NCBI GenBank assembly: GCA_963663275.1
Contig: OY760183.1
Coordinates: 2,112,001-2,176,000 of the forward strand
DNA: 64,000 nucleotides
Direction: 5' to 3'
Source: Chloroflexota bacterium
Lineage (GTDB): Bacteria; Chloroflexota; UBA11872; VXOZ01
Under the pieces are notes generated by a model that saw only the letters and a program-made list of their open reading frames with translations, did no database searches and was not told the DNA's origin. A program made the translations under genes and the position numbers. Shown here piece by piece: positions 52,524 to 62,134 of this stretch; position 1 is the stretch's first letter, and each line of letters starts with the position of its first letter.

Positions 52524-53567
52524 ATGGCGGCGGATCTGCCGGAATTGCAGGTGGGAGTCGTCGGGCTGGGCGTCGGCAGAAGATTCGTCGAGGCGTTTGC
52601 CGCGCATCACCACACGAGCGTCACGGCCATTTGCGGTAAAGAGCCGGATGTTCTCGCCCCAGTTGGCAAAGAACACGCCGTGCCAAGAGTCTATACGGAA
52701 TTCGCGGACGTCGCCGCCGACCCGGACGTGGATCTTGTGGTGATTGCCACTCCCCACGCGCTCCACGCCGCCATGGCGGTGGAGGCCTTGCGCGCGGGCA
52801 AGCACGTGATCGTGGAAAAGCCGATGTGCGTTTCGCTCCAGCAGTGCGAAGCCATGATTCAGGCGGTCGAGGAATCCGGCAAGCTTTTGGCGGTCGATCA
52901 GGTGCTGCGCTTCTATCCCTATTACCAGTCCATCAAGGAACACGTGGCGAGCGGCGGCCTGGGCGAGGTCTACTACGCCGAGGCCGACTATCTGCATAAC
53001 ACGGCGCACCTCATTCGCGAGCGCACGGTATGGCGTGGTTCGGTCGAACACTCCCACTACCCCATTCTCGGCGGCGGATCGCATTCGCTGGACATGCTGC
53101 GCTGGCTGGTGGGCGAGGTCGACCGGGTGCATTGCGAGGCGGCGGGCCGCGCCCTGCCGGACTTCCCGTTCCCGGACTGCATGGTGGCGACCCTGCGCTT
53201 CGCGAACGGGGCGGTAGGGAAGTGCACGACCTCGTACGGCCTGGCGCGGGACACGATGCACAACCTGGTGCTGTTCGGCACCGAGGGCACGCTCGAGCGG
53301 GCGCGGGGCCGGCATGATCGGGACAAGCAGTTTCGGGCCGCGGCAGGGCACGCGTTCGCAGAAGAACAGTGGCCCGTGCCGTTTCAACCGCCGGGCGGCA
53401 AGCCGATCGCCGCCGTCGTCGATCACGTGTACCAATGCGTCGTGAATGGCGAAACCCCCCTCACCAACGTCTGGGAAGGCGCGAACACGGTGGCCGTCGC
53501 GCTGGCGGCGATTAAGTCCTGGCAGACCGGCAAGCCGGTGCGGCCCGCGCGTTTCACGCCGGCATGA
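52524..53567 (+). CDS. Gfo/Idh/MocA oxidoreductase
   Basis: GLGVG, IATPHALH, HVIVEKP, GGSHSLD. Confidence 0.9.
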   Translation: MAADLPELQVGVVGLGVGRRFVEAFAAHHHTSVTAICGKEPDVLAPVGKEHAVPRVYTEFADVAADPDVDLVVIATPHALHAAMAVEALRAGKHVIVEKPMCVSLQQCEAMIQAVEESGKLLAVDQVLRFYPYYQSIKEHVASGGLGEVYYAEADYLHNTAHLIRERTVWRGSVEHSHYPILGGGSHSLDMLRWLVGEVDRVHCEAAGRALPDFPFPDCMVATLRFANGAVGKCTTSYGLARDTMHNLVLFGTEGTLERARGRHDRDKQFRAAAGHAFAEEQWPVPFQPPGGKPIAAVVDHVYQCVVNGETPLTNVWEGANTVAVALAAIKSWQTGKPVRPARFTPA

Positions 53568-54439
53568 TCTACGTCGCCGGTCAGGTCATCGGCAACTTCG
53601 TGTTTGCCATGTCTCTGCGCCAGGCGCGGAGCAGCGGCTACAACTACCTTGCCGTAGGCACGATCAACTACGCGATAGCGGCCGTGATTGCCGTAGTCTG
53701 GGCGGCATGGAGCGGCATCCCGGGTTTCAGCCTGCCCGTGGTGGTCCTGGGCGCAATCAACGGGCTTCAGTACCAGGTCAGCTTGGTCGTGCTCTTCTGG
53801 GTGGTGAAGCTGGTCGGCATTGGCATCACCTTCGGCATCGTGCGCCTCTCGATTGCCTTGCCGACGCTGGCTTCGATCTTCCTGTGGGGCGAGCAGCCGA
53901 CCGCGCTCCAGGTCGTAGGCATGTTGCTGGCGTTCGCCGCGCTGCCGCTTCTGGGCGCGGACGCCCATCAGGCGGCGCGCGACCGGCCCGGACGCTCGCT
54001 GCGCACCTGGGGCGTGCTGGTGGCGGTGCTTATTCTCTCCGGGGCCGGATTTACGGCGGCCAAGGCGTTTTCCGTGTGGAGCACGCCGGACTACCAGCCG
54101 CTCTACAACGCCTCCGTATTCGTGGCGGCTACTCTGTGCGCCGCCGTCATCTGGCCGCTGCGCACGCGCATTCGCCTGCCCGATTGGGGCGGCGTTTCGC
54201 TGCGGCGCAACATCGGCCTGGGCGTGGTGATGGGCGCGACCAACCTCTTTCAAATTGCCATGCTGTTGCGCGCGCTGGAGGTCTTGCCGGGCACGATCGT
54301 CTTTCCCTTGACGGCAACGGTAGGATTGGCGACGACGCTGCTGGGCGGCATGGTGCTCTTTGGCGAACGGTTCGGACGCATAACCGCAATCGGCATCGTC
54401 CTGGCGCTGTTCGCTATTGTGTTCATAAACATTCAATGA
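53564..54439 (+). CDS. DMT/EamA-type transporter
   Basis: About 10 TM segments in two halves ending WGE and FGE; ATGA overlap with the upstream gene. Confidence 0.8.
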   Translation: MIYVAGQVIGNFVFAMSLRQARSSGYNYLAVGTINYAIAAVIAVVWAAWSGIPGFSLPVVVLGAINGLQYQVSLVVLFWVVKLVGIGITFGIVRLSIALPTLASIFLWGEQPTALQVVGMLLAFAALPLLGADAHQAARDRPGRSLRTWGVLVAVLILSGAGFTAAKAFSVWSTPDYQPLYNASVFVAATLCAAVIWPLRTRIRLPDWGGVSLRRNIGLGVVMGATNLFQIAMLLRALEVLPGTIVFPLTATVGLATTLLGGMVLFGERFGRITAIGIVLALFAIVFINIQ

Positions 54440-54455
54440 GAGTAAGGAGCGCGGC

Positions 54456-55229
54456 GTGCTTGGCGCGATTGCGGGCGACGTAATCGGCTCGGTTCACGAA
54501 TTCGTTGGGACGAAGACGAAGGACTTCCCGCTCCTTGACCCAAAGTGCTTCGTTACCGACGACTCGATTCTCACCCTGGCGCTGGCTGACGCGCTGCTGC
54601 ACGAGCTTGACTATGCGGTCACGCTCAAACGCTACTACCGGCGCTATCCCCACGCCAGTTACGGCGGTTCGTTCCACCAATGGGCGCAGTCGGAATCGTG
54701 GGCGCCGTACAATAGTTGGGGCAATGGCGCCGCCATGCGGGTGAGCCCGGCGGCGCACGCGGCGCAGAGCTTGGACGAGGCGCTGACGCTGGCCGAGCGC
54801 AGCGCCGCCGTTACCCACAATCATCCGGAAGGCATTCGCGGCGCGCAGGCCACCGCCGCCGCCATCTTCCTGGCCCGCGCCGGCCATGAGAAAGGCGAAA
54901 TCAAGCGGTTCGTGGAATCCTCGTTTGGGTACGACTTGCAAAGAACGCTCGACGAAATCCGCCCGACGTACTTCTTCGACGAGTCCTGCCAGGGCACGGT
55001 GCCGCAGGCGATTACGGCCTTCCTGGAGGCGGCGGACTTCGAAGACGCAATTCGCAACGCGATTTCGCTCGGCGGCGACGCCGACACCCTGGCCTGCATC
55101 ACGGGGTCTATCGCGGAACCCTACTTTGGCGGCGTGCCGCCGGACGTGCGCGAATTCGCTCTCCGGCGGTTGGATGAAGAACTGCTGACCGTCTTCACGG
55201 CGTTCGAGCGGCGCTTCATGAACCGCTGA
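54456..55229 (+). CDS. ADP-ribosylglycohydrolase family protein
   Basis: GAIAGDVIGS, TDD, GNGAAMR, THNHPEG, GGDADT. Confidence 0.92.
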   Translation: MLGAIAGDVIGSVHEFVGTKTKDFPLLDPKCFVTDDSILTLALADALLHELDYAVTLKRYYRRYPHASYGGSFHQWAQSESWAPYNSWGNGAAMRVSPAAHAAQSLDEALTLAERSAAVTHNHPEGIRGAQATAAAIFLARAGHEKGEIKRFVESSFGYDLQRTLDEIRPTYFFDESCQGTVPQAITAFLEAADFEDAIRNAISLGGDADTLACITGSIAEPYFGGVPPDVREFALRRLDEELLTVFTAFERRFMNR

Positions 55230-55346
55230 CGGCGCCGCGAGCCGTGCGCGGCGAGTGGGACGCAACGTTCCAGGCGAGCCGGAAGTGGCGTTCGTAGTGA
55301 GCCGGTCGAACCGCGCGTGGTGGGCCGGACAAGACAAAAACGGCGA

Positions 55347-56906
55347 CTACTGGAGTCCTTCTTGCGCGACGTCCGATGGTTCGGGGGTCTCCTCGGTCAA
55401 TGTGGGACCCACCAGCCAAAGCTCGCGCCAGGGGACGAACTTGCTCCAGAAAGCGTCGACGTGGGTCTCATCGCCAAACGCGACGCTTCTGCGGATTACC
55501 GTCTCGATGCCTGCCGCCGCCCACTCGATTTGCAGGCGCTCGCCGGCGGGCAGTGATGGATCGACCTTGTCCGGCAGGGGCGGTCCGGGCGCGACCGGGT
55601 TCTTCTCCACGACCGGCAGCATCTCCACGGCGCGATTGAGTTCTTTGCCGCGCAGCGTAAACGAGAGTTCCATTGCTTTCGTGTCAACGTGGGCCTGCAA
55701 CAGGATGGGATGCGCTGAATCGTTGACGAAGCGCAGATCAAGCCCCGGATTGTAAATGGTGGCGTCGAAGCCCGGCGGGCTGCCGTCCGACTCGTAGTAG
55801 CTTACCCGGTACAAGTGCTGGTGACGCTCCGTTATCGGCAATCCGGCCCAGAACGCGGCGCGGAATACGGTGGTAGAAACCTGGCACACGCCGCCGCCGA
55901 CGCCGCTGACGGTGCGATCAGCCCAGATGATGAGACTTTCCTCGTAGCCGGCTTCTTTCGTAATCGGGCCGAGCGCCTCCAGGAAGGAGAAGGTCGCGCC
56001 CGGTTCGATCACGTAACCGTGGAGTTTCGACGCCGCCAGGGCGATGTTGTGCACACGTTCGTCGGGCGAGCCGCTGAACACGGAAGCGCCTTCGGCAAAG
56101 AGATAGCCGAAGCGCAGCGACTCTTCATTCGAATCGGCATCGACCGGAGCGGGGCGTTCATTGCTCAGGTGCGGCAGTCGCGCCGCGGCCGGCACTAGGT
56201 CGAACTCCTTCAACAGGTCGCCGCCCAGGACGGACGTCACGTCGCCTCTCGCGGCAATCCCGGGCACGTCTTCCACCCAGTATTGAAGCGCCACGCGCTG
56301 GAAGCGCTGGCTGATGAACGCGCCAAACGCCTGCGGCTTCGACATGGGCAGGCCGTAGAGTTCGATGGCCGCGTCCTCGCCGCCCGCGCTGAGAAAGCGT
56401 CGTTTGATGGCGTCGTGCGTGAGCCAACCGAGGCGCGTTGCCTTGGCTTTGGCAAAGTCGCCCGCGGAGCCGTCGTCGGTGATCGGCTCGGGGATGCCGC
56501 GCGCCAGGAGCAGGTCGTCCAGACCGGCCTTTTCAAGTATCTCGAAGGTGTTGGCGAGGACTACTTTCCCAAGGACGGGATGATACTGGAGCAGCGCGCC
56601 CTGCGTAACCAGGTTGATGAGACCGGCCTGCTCGTAGCGGCGCGAGGCCGGATAGCCCAGCGTCCGCACGCCGCCCAGCCGGAGAAACGCGCTGTAGAAG
56701 GCTGTCCCCTCCGGCCCATTCCAAATTGAGAAGCCCAGGTTGCCCCGTCCGCCAAACCCGTTGGCCTGCTTGTAGAAGTGACCGCCGCTGATCGCTCGAT
56801 CGTGCGTATGGGTTGCGCTGAGTGGGAGAGCGGCAAACAGCAGATTGAGGACGAGGACCAGTGCCAGAGTAGCAGTTAGTCTGCCGAGGCGAAGACGCAC
56901 GGGCAT
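55347..56906 (-). CDS. VanW family exported protein
   Basis: Signal peptide; R.HNI, FSF, GGGVCQVSTT.FRA, H..R..YY, DATI; N-terminal LGG..GYP repeats. Confidence 0.85.
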   Translation of the reverse strand: MPVRLRLGRLTATLALVLVLNLLFAALPLSATHTHDRAISGGHFYKQANGFGGRGNLGFSIWNGPEGTAFYSAFLRLGGVRTLGYPASRRYEQAGLINLVTQGALLQYHPVLGKVVLANTFEILEKAGLDDLLLARGIPEPITDDGSAGDFAKAKATRLGWLTHDAIKRRFLSAGGEDAAIELYGLPMSKPQAFGAFISQRFQRVALQYWVEDVPGIAARGDVTSVLGGDLLKEFDLVPAAARLPHLSNERPAPVDADSNEESLRFGYLFAEGASVFSGSPDERVHNIALAASKLHGYVIEPGATFSFLEALGPITKEAGYEESLIIWADRTVSGVGGGVCQVSTTVFRAAFWAGLPITERHQHLYRVSYYESDGSPPGFDATIYNPGLDLRFVNDSAHPILLQAHVDTKAMELSFTLRGKELNRAVEMLPVVEKNPVAPGPPLPDKVDPSLPAGERLQIEWAAAGIETVIRRSVAFGDETHVDAFWSKFVPWRELWLVGPTLTEETPEPSDVAQEGLQ

Positions 56907-57128
56907 TTTCGTTAGTCCCGCTGGGATGGTCTTGGCAAGATAGCGCGGTGAACCGTTGCACTTAATCATACACTGTTACGGTGCGCTTGCAAAGTCAAGA
57001 CACGGGAAGGGAAGCCCGGCGCGCGAGAGGGTTCAAGTATGCGACGTGGAGAGAGTCGTCCTCGCCGGAACCCCTGTACGGCGCTACGATGAGAGGCCGA
57101 GCACTAGGTGAAGAACCTACTCCCAAGG

Positions 57129-57444
57129 GAGACCTTTGCATAACTCTGTCATTCCGGCGAAAGCCGGAATCCAGAGTGCTTTTGCAACTAAAGATAGCAT
57201 GAAGTCAATTCATTCCCCCCCCCCCCCCATCCCTACCTTCCCCCTCAATGGGCTGACACGGGTGTGTATTCTATGATCGACTTCACGTGTCATTCCGAAC
57301 GGAGCGCAGCGGAGTGAGGAATCTAATGCGCAGCCCCGCAAGTCAGCGTCTTAGATTCCGCGAACCCTGTTCGACGCTGCGCTCGGAATGACATTTACAT
57401 ACCCCTTTCAGCCCTCGATGGGGAAGGGGTTTTGCAAGGGTCTC
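57129..57444. mobile_element. Composite MITE, outer element, copy 2 (316 bp)
   Basis: TIRs GAGACCTTTGCATAAC / GTTTTGCAAGGGTCTC (14/16); perfect 5-bp direct repeat CAAGG at 57124-57128 and 57445-57449. Confidence 0.8.
57252..57412. mobile_element. Inner MITE copy D
   Basis: Ends GCTGACACGGG / CCCCTTTCAGC; flanks CCTCAATGG / CCTCGATGG. Confidence 0.72.
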
Positions 57445-57489
57445 CAAGGAAACGGGCGCCGCCGCCCGTGCAGCCCGACTCGGAGGCAG

Positions 57490-58323
57490 TTAGGCAAACC
57501 GCCAGAGTCGGAGCGCCGTCTTGCCGAGCACCCACTCGAGGTCCGCTTGGCTGAAGAACGGCATCTCGTCGCGGACGGCGGTGAGGCGCGGCAGGTAGCC
57601 GGCTTTGTCGAGCAGCATCGGCCAGTCCGTTCCCCACATGAGTCGCTGCGGGCCCCAGGCGTCCTTGGCCATGCGGAAGAAGGGATGCGTGTCGGCGTAG
57701 GGGTACGGCTCTTGGCTGTAGTGCAACATGCCGGAAACTTTGGCATAGGTGCGGGGGTGGTCCGCGAGCGTGAGCAAGCGGCTGAACGCGGGATACGGCG
57801 GCTGTTCGGCAACGTCGATGCGCCCCATGTGGTCGATCACCACGTCCACGTTGGGGAAGCGCCGCGCCATCTCATCGACCATGGGCGCGTGAGCCAGATC
57901 CATGAGGATGCAGACGGGAATGCCCAGGTCGGCGGCTCTCTGCCAGATGCGCTCGGTCAGCGGCGCTGTAAACCACTCCGCGCTGTCCGGACGCGCCGCG
58001 TGGAGCCGCACGCCGTGGAAGCCGCGCTCCTTAATCCAATAGGAAAGCTGCTCCGGCGCTTGCTCATCGAGCGGGTTCACCAGGCAGACGCCGGCAAGCC
58101 GCTCCGGATGGCGCGCGATGCAGTCAGCCAGGTAGCGGTTGTCCCATCCGTACGTGCTGGGCTGCACCAAGACTACGTGATCGACGCCGGCCGGCGTCGT
58201 TTCCGCCAGCAGCATCTCGGCGGTGGCGTCGGTGGTTGGCGCCGGCACGTCGGGCAGCGTGGGCGTAAACGGATATGCCGTGTCTTGCGTCCAGACGTGG
58301 ACGTGCGATTCGACAATTGGCAT
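57490..58323 (-). CDS. Amidohydrolase_2 family protein (lactonase-like)
   Basis: SHVHVW, VLVQPS.YG.DN, GVRL, IDHMG, WGTDWP. Confidence 0.88.
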   Translation of the reverse strand: MPIVESHVHVWTQDTAYPFTPTLPDVPAPTTDATAEMLLAETTPAGVDHVVLVQPSTYGWDNRYLADCIARHPERLAGVCLVNPLDEQAPEQLSYWIKERGFHGVRLHAARPDSAEWFTAPLTERIWQRAADLGIPVCILMDLAHAPMVDEMARRFPNVDVVIDHMGRIDVAEQPPYPAFSRLLTLADHPRTYAKVSGMLHYSQEPYPYADTHPFFRMAKDAWGPQRLMWGTDWPMLLDKAGYLPRLTAVRDEMPFFSQADLEWVLGKTALRLWRFA

Positions 58324-58378
58324 GGTCGTGCCCTTTAGCCCTGTTGTCCTCGCAACAACGCCTTGCTCTACCGCCTTA

Positions 58379-58483
58379 CCCTCACCCTAGCCCTCTCCCA
58401 CAGGAGAGGGGACAAGAGCGGACGAGAGAGTGCTTTTCTCTCCGGAAAACTCCCTCTCCCCAGGGAGAGGGCCGGGGTGAGGG
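58379..58483. repeat. Inverted doublet of CCCTCACCC..CCCTCTCCC..GGAGAGGG palindromes
   Basis: Two inverted hairpin units separated by about 40 bp. Confidence 0.75.
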
Positions 58484-58498
58484 GGTGCCTTTGCCGGT

Positions 58499-59527
58499 TC
58501 AGCCCATCAGCGGCAGCGCCACGGTGCGGCCCTCCGCGGCGGAGATGTCGGCGGCGAAACACGCTTCGTGCGTGTTGATGGAATCGAAGATGTCGGCGTA
58601 GGAGTCTTCATCGTTCAGGATGCAATCGACGATGTGGTCGATCTCGCCCTGGAACGGATGGTGCGCCACGTCGCCGGAATCCGGCGGCACCGTGGGAATG
58701 TCCATGAAGCCGGTCAAACCGGGAAAAGCCGTTGAGTAGATCTGGTTGTTGCGGGCCGTGCCGGCGTCGCCTTGCAGCGACATGTGGAAGACGTACGGCA
58801 TGTGGGCTTCCATAGTGGCCGTTACGCGGCCCACGACGCCGTCTTCCATCTGCAACACCGCCGCGCACGTGAGCGGAAAGTCGAAGCCCTTCTCTTCCAG
58901 GCGCACCGGTGTGGCATAGGCGGACACCGATTCAACGTTCTTGCCGGTGAGCCAGCGGATGCAGTCCATGGCGTGGCTGCCGCCGGAGAGCATGGCGCTG
59001 CCGACGTTCTTCTGGTAGCGCCCCCAGTGGCCCGGCGGACGCAGGTAGCCCACTTCGTGCATGTAGTCGGCTTCGGCATAGACGATGCGGCCAAAATCGC
59101 CGGCCTCGCGCCGGTGGTGGAGCGTCTGCACCAAGGGATTCCAGCGCAGGACGAAACTCACCACGCTCTTCACGCCGGCCTTCTTGACGGCGGTTACGAG
59201 CCGCTCTAACTGTTCAACGGAGATTGCGATCGGCTTCTCGATGACGAGATGCTTGTTCGCCTCGGCGGCCAACGCGCCCTGCTCGGCATGGGCGAAGTTG
59301 GGCGTGCAGATGGAGACGATGTCCACGTCGGGATCGGCGAGCATCCGCTCGTAGTCGGTATAGGGCTTGGCGTCCAGCTCGAACTCGTCGATCGCGCCCT
59401 GCGCGCGGGCCAGGTCGCGGCTGCAAACGGCGACCATGCGCGTGTGCGGATTGTTGTTGAAGGCGCGTATGTGCTCGCTGGCTACCCAGCCGGGTCCGAT
59501 CAAGCCAACACCCATCACGTCTGCCAT
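58499..59527 (-). CDS. Gfo/Idh/MocA oxidoreductase
   Basis: GPGWVA, CTPNFAH, IEKP, GGSHAMD; AGGAGG RBS before ATG 59527. Confidence 0.9.
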   Translation of the reverse strand: MADVMGVGLIGPGWVASEHIRAFNNNPHTRMVAVCSRDLARAQGAIDEFELDAKPYTDYERMLADPDVDIVSICTPNFAHAEQGALAAEANKHLVIEKPIAISVEQLERLVTAVKKAGVKSVVSFVLRWNPLVQTLHHRREAGDFGRIVYAEADYMHEVGYLRPPGHWGRYQKNVGSAMLSGGSHAMDCIRWLTGKNVESVSAYATPVRLEEKGFDFPLTCAAVLQMEDGVVGRVTATMEAHMPYVFHMSLQGDAGTARNNQIYSTAFPGLTGFMDIPTVPPDSGDVAHHPFQGEIDHIVDCILNDEDSYADIFDSINTHEACFAADISAAEGRTVALPLMG

Positions 59528-59675
59528 GCCGTTACCTCCTCCGGACATGCGCGCGTCTCGCGTGACGCTCGGTTTGTTTCAATAAGATTCCTAACAGTTC
59601 CCGCATTGCCGACACTTGGGTTTGAGCCAACACTGCCTGCTCCTGGAAGCTGCCGGATACCCTTTCCCTTCGCCG

Positions 59676-59703
59676 GTAGGGGCGGTTCGCGAACCGCCCC
59701 TAC
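59676..59703. repeat. Perfect 28-bp GTAG-type REP palindrome
   Basis: GTAGGGGCGGTTCGCGAACCGCCCCTAC. Confidence 0.85.
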
Positions 59704-59840
59704 GCCGCAATTGCCCTTGCCCGTTTGAAAAACGATAATGCCGATCACCCCATGCCTGCCGTTTCCGCGGCAGCGCTTGGCGCTAGAGTACGCTACACTA
59801 CGGCGCATTGCAAATGGGGCGGCGTTGCGGTGCGCAGCCG

Positions 59841-60956
59841 TTAGGAGTCTCGTTCCAAGACGAAGTCGGCCAGCGCGCGCAGCAGGCGGCGGTAGCCGCT
59901 CTCAGGAACGGCGTCCAGGTGAGCGTGCGCCTGGCCGATGTACGACTGCGCCAGCGAACGCGCGTAGGCGATGCCTCCCAGGTCTTGCAGCAGTTGCGTG
60001 GCGTCCGCCACCTGCGCGCCGGTTGCCGTGCGGTTGCCGAGCACGCTCAGGAGGCGGCGCCGCTGGTCTGGCGCGGCGCCGCGCAAGGCCGCCCAGACGA
60101 TGAGCGTGCGCTTGCCCTCGCGAATGTCCGCGCCCACCGGCTTGCCGGTGACCGCCGCGTCGCCGACCACGCCGAGCACGTCATCCTGTAGTTGGAAGGC
60201 AATGCCGCAGTTGCGGGCGAATGCAGCCAATGCCGCAACTTCCGGTTGCTCCGGCTGCCAGGCGTCGAGGCCGATGCACGCTCCGGCGGCGGCGGCAAAG
60301 GCGTAGAGGACGCCGGTCTTCTTCTCCATCATGTCGAGAATGTCGGCCTCGGCAAGCGCGCTCATCTCATGCGGATTCTTCACGGCAGCCAGGCTGAACT
60401 CCACGTCGAGGGCCTCACCGTCAACCAGTTGCGATTCCACGCTGCCAAAGAGTTCCGCGATGAGATGCAGCGCCAACGCGGGGTCGGCGCCCCGCCGCGT
60501 AGCCGTCTCCGTCAGCAGCGCCGCCGACCACCCTTGCTGCACGTCACCGGCCAACAGGGCTTGAGTCAGCCCATAGTGGGCGGCCGCTTCACCGGAAAGC
60601 CCCAGTTCGAGGCGCGCGCGCTCGCTGAAGGCCGCGTGCACGGTAGGCCGGCCCCGGCGCACGTCGTCCCGGTCGATGATGTCGTCGTGCACCAGCGTCC
60701 ACACGTGATAGAGTTCGACCGCGGCCGCGGCGGGAACGGCGCGCTCTTCATCGCCGCCGGTTGCGCCGCAGCAGAAAAGCAGGATGCTGGAGCGCAGGCC
60801 CTTGCCCGGGTGTTGGACGTAATTGGCAATCGCCTCGCCCAGGTGGAGCGAGCGGAGGGCATGGCGGCGCATGGCCGCTTGCAGGTAGTCGTAGACCCGT
60901 TCGCGGCGCGAGGCAAGCGCCGCAAGCAACGGAGCGCGCGCGTTCTCGGGGTTCAC
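59841..60956 (-). CDS. Polyprenyl diphosphate synthase (short-chain, GGPP-like)
   Basis: GK.LR, WTLVHDDIID..RRG (FARM), KT, FQLQDD (SARM), D..EGK.T. Confidence 0.9.
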   Translation of the reverse strand: MNPENARAPLLAALASRRERVYDYLQAAMRRHALRSLHLGEAIANYVQHPGKGLRSSILLFCCGATGGDEERAVPAAAAVELYHVWTLVHDDIIDRDDVRRGRPTVHAAFSERARLELGLSGEAAAHYGLTQALLAGDVQQGWSAALLTETATRRGADPALALHLIAELFGSVESQLVDGEALDVEFSLAAVKNPHEMSALAEADILDMMEKKTGVLYAFAAAAGACIGLDAWQPEQPEVAALAAFARNCGIAFQLQDDVLGVVGDAAVTGKPVGADIREGKRTLIVWAALRGAAPDQRRRLLSVLGNRTATGAQVADATQLLQDLGGIAYARSLAQSYIGQAHAHLDAVPESGYRRLLRALADFVLERDS

Positions 60957-61837
60957 GTCGCGGCATCCGTTTGGTCGAGATCGAGGCTGCGAAGGTAGTC
61001 CAGCAGCCCGGGACGCAGGTCCGGCCGCTTGAGCGCAAGGTCGATGGAGGCGCTCAGGTAGCCCACCTTATCGCCCATGTCGTAGCGCCTGCCGGTGAAC
61101 TCGCAGGAGTAGACCTGGCCTTCTTGCGCCAAAGCGTTGATGGCGTCGGTGATTTGGACTTCACCGCCCGCGCCGGCCGGCGTGCGGTCGATGTAGTCGA
61201 AGATTGCCGGTGTGAAAACGTAGCGCCCCACGATGGCGAGATTCGACGGCGCTGCGCTGGCGGGCGGCTTCTCGATGAGGCGGCTGAGCCGCCGCACGCC
61301 CGCCGCCACCGGCTCGCCTTCCACGATGCCGTAGCGATCCACGTGGGCGCGCGGCACGGGCATGACGGCCACGACCTCGCCGCCGTGGGTGTGATGCGCG
61401 TCGATAAGCTGGCGAATGGCCGGCGGGTCGCCGCCGATGACGTCGTCCGGTAGAAAGACGGCGAACGGCTCGTCGCCGACGACGCTGCGCGCCGCGCGCA
61501 CGGCGTCGCCGGTGCCCAGCGGCGCATGCTGGCGCACGCCGATGACGGCGCCCATCTCTTTGAGCGCCTGCAACTCAGCAAGTTCGGCGTGCTTGCCCCG
61601 GGCGGCCAGACTCTCTTCGAGACGATACGCCGTGTCGAAATAGTCTTCGATGGCCTGGTTGCCCGCGGACGTGACAAGGATGACCTGCTCGATGCCGGCG
61701 GCGACCGCCTCTTCCACCACGTAGTGGATTGCCGGTTTGTCGGCAAGCGGCAGCATCACTTTGGGAATCGACTTCGCGGCCGGCAGGGTGCGGGTACCCA
61801 ATCCGGCAACCAGAAAGACCCCTTTGCGGACGTTCAT
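60953..61837 (-). CDS. galU: UTP--glucose-1-phosphate uridylyltransferase
   Basis: AGLGTR.LP..K.IPK.MLP..DKP, Q..PLG.G.AV, IEKP, GEVQITDAI. Confidence 0.88.
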   Translation of the reverse strand: MNVRKGVFLVAGLGTRTLPAAKSIPKVMLPLADKPAIHYVVEEAVAAGIEQVILVTSAGNQAIEDYFDTAYRLEESLAARGKHAELAELQALKEMGAVIGVRQHAPLGTGDAVRAARSVVGDEPFAVFLPDDVIGGDPPAIRQLIDAHHTHGGEVVAVMPVPRAHVDRYGIVEGEPVAAGVRRLSRLIEKPPASAAPSNLAIVGRYVFTPAIFDYIDRTPAGAGGEVQITDAINALAQEGQVYSCEFTGRRYDMGDKVGYLSASIDLALKRPDLRPGLLDYLRSLDLDQTDAAT

Positions 61838-62020
61838 ATCTCGTGCCTCGCGCGGAACGATGAATCGGTGATGAGCCTGTTGGCAACGGCCCTGCTCACC
61901 GGAAACTGCGCTCTGGCCGCGCGCCCGGCGGTGGCGCCTCTTTTTGCGGCGGGGACTGGCGTAACCCGGCCCGCGGCGAACGCCCGCGCCGCTACCAGTG
62001 GACGGCTCAATTTCACAGCG

Positions 62021-62050
62021 ATTATACTTTTCCCAGGGAGCGCGTGACAA
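62021..62050 (-). promoter_or_regulatory. Sigma70-like promoter for galU
   Basis: TTGTCA-18 bp-TATAAT on the minus strand. Confidence 0.5.
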
Positions 62051-62134
62051 GAGAGACCCGCTGCCTACTTGTGCGGACAACGCACAAGGCCGCGGTTGTG
62101 GGTTGGTTTGTGCATTGAGGATTTTCACGCAGGC

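Noticed and set aside
44713-56906. Antibiotic resistance island (AAC(3)-like, VanZ, VanW)
   Set aside because: These are widespread families scattered among housekeeping genes, with no van ligase cluster or mobility genes.
57215-57228. C14 homopolymer as a phase-variation tract
   Set aside because: It lies inside a non-coding MITE rather than a gene or promoter; it is probably slippage or a sequencing artefact.
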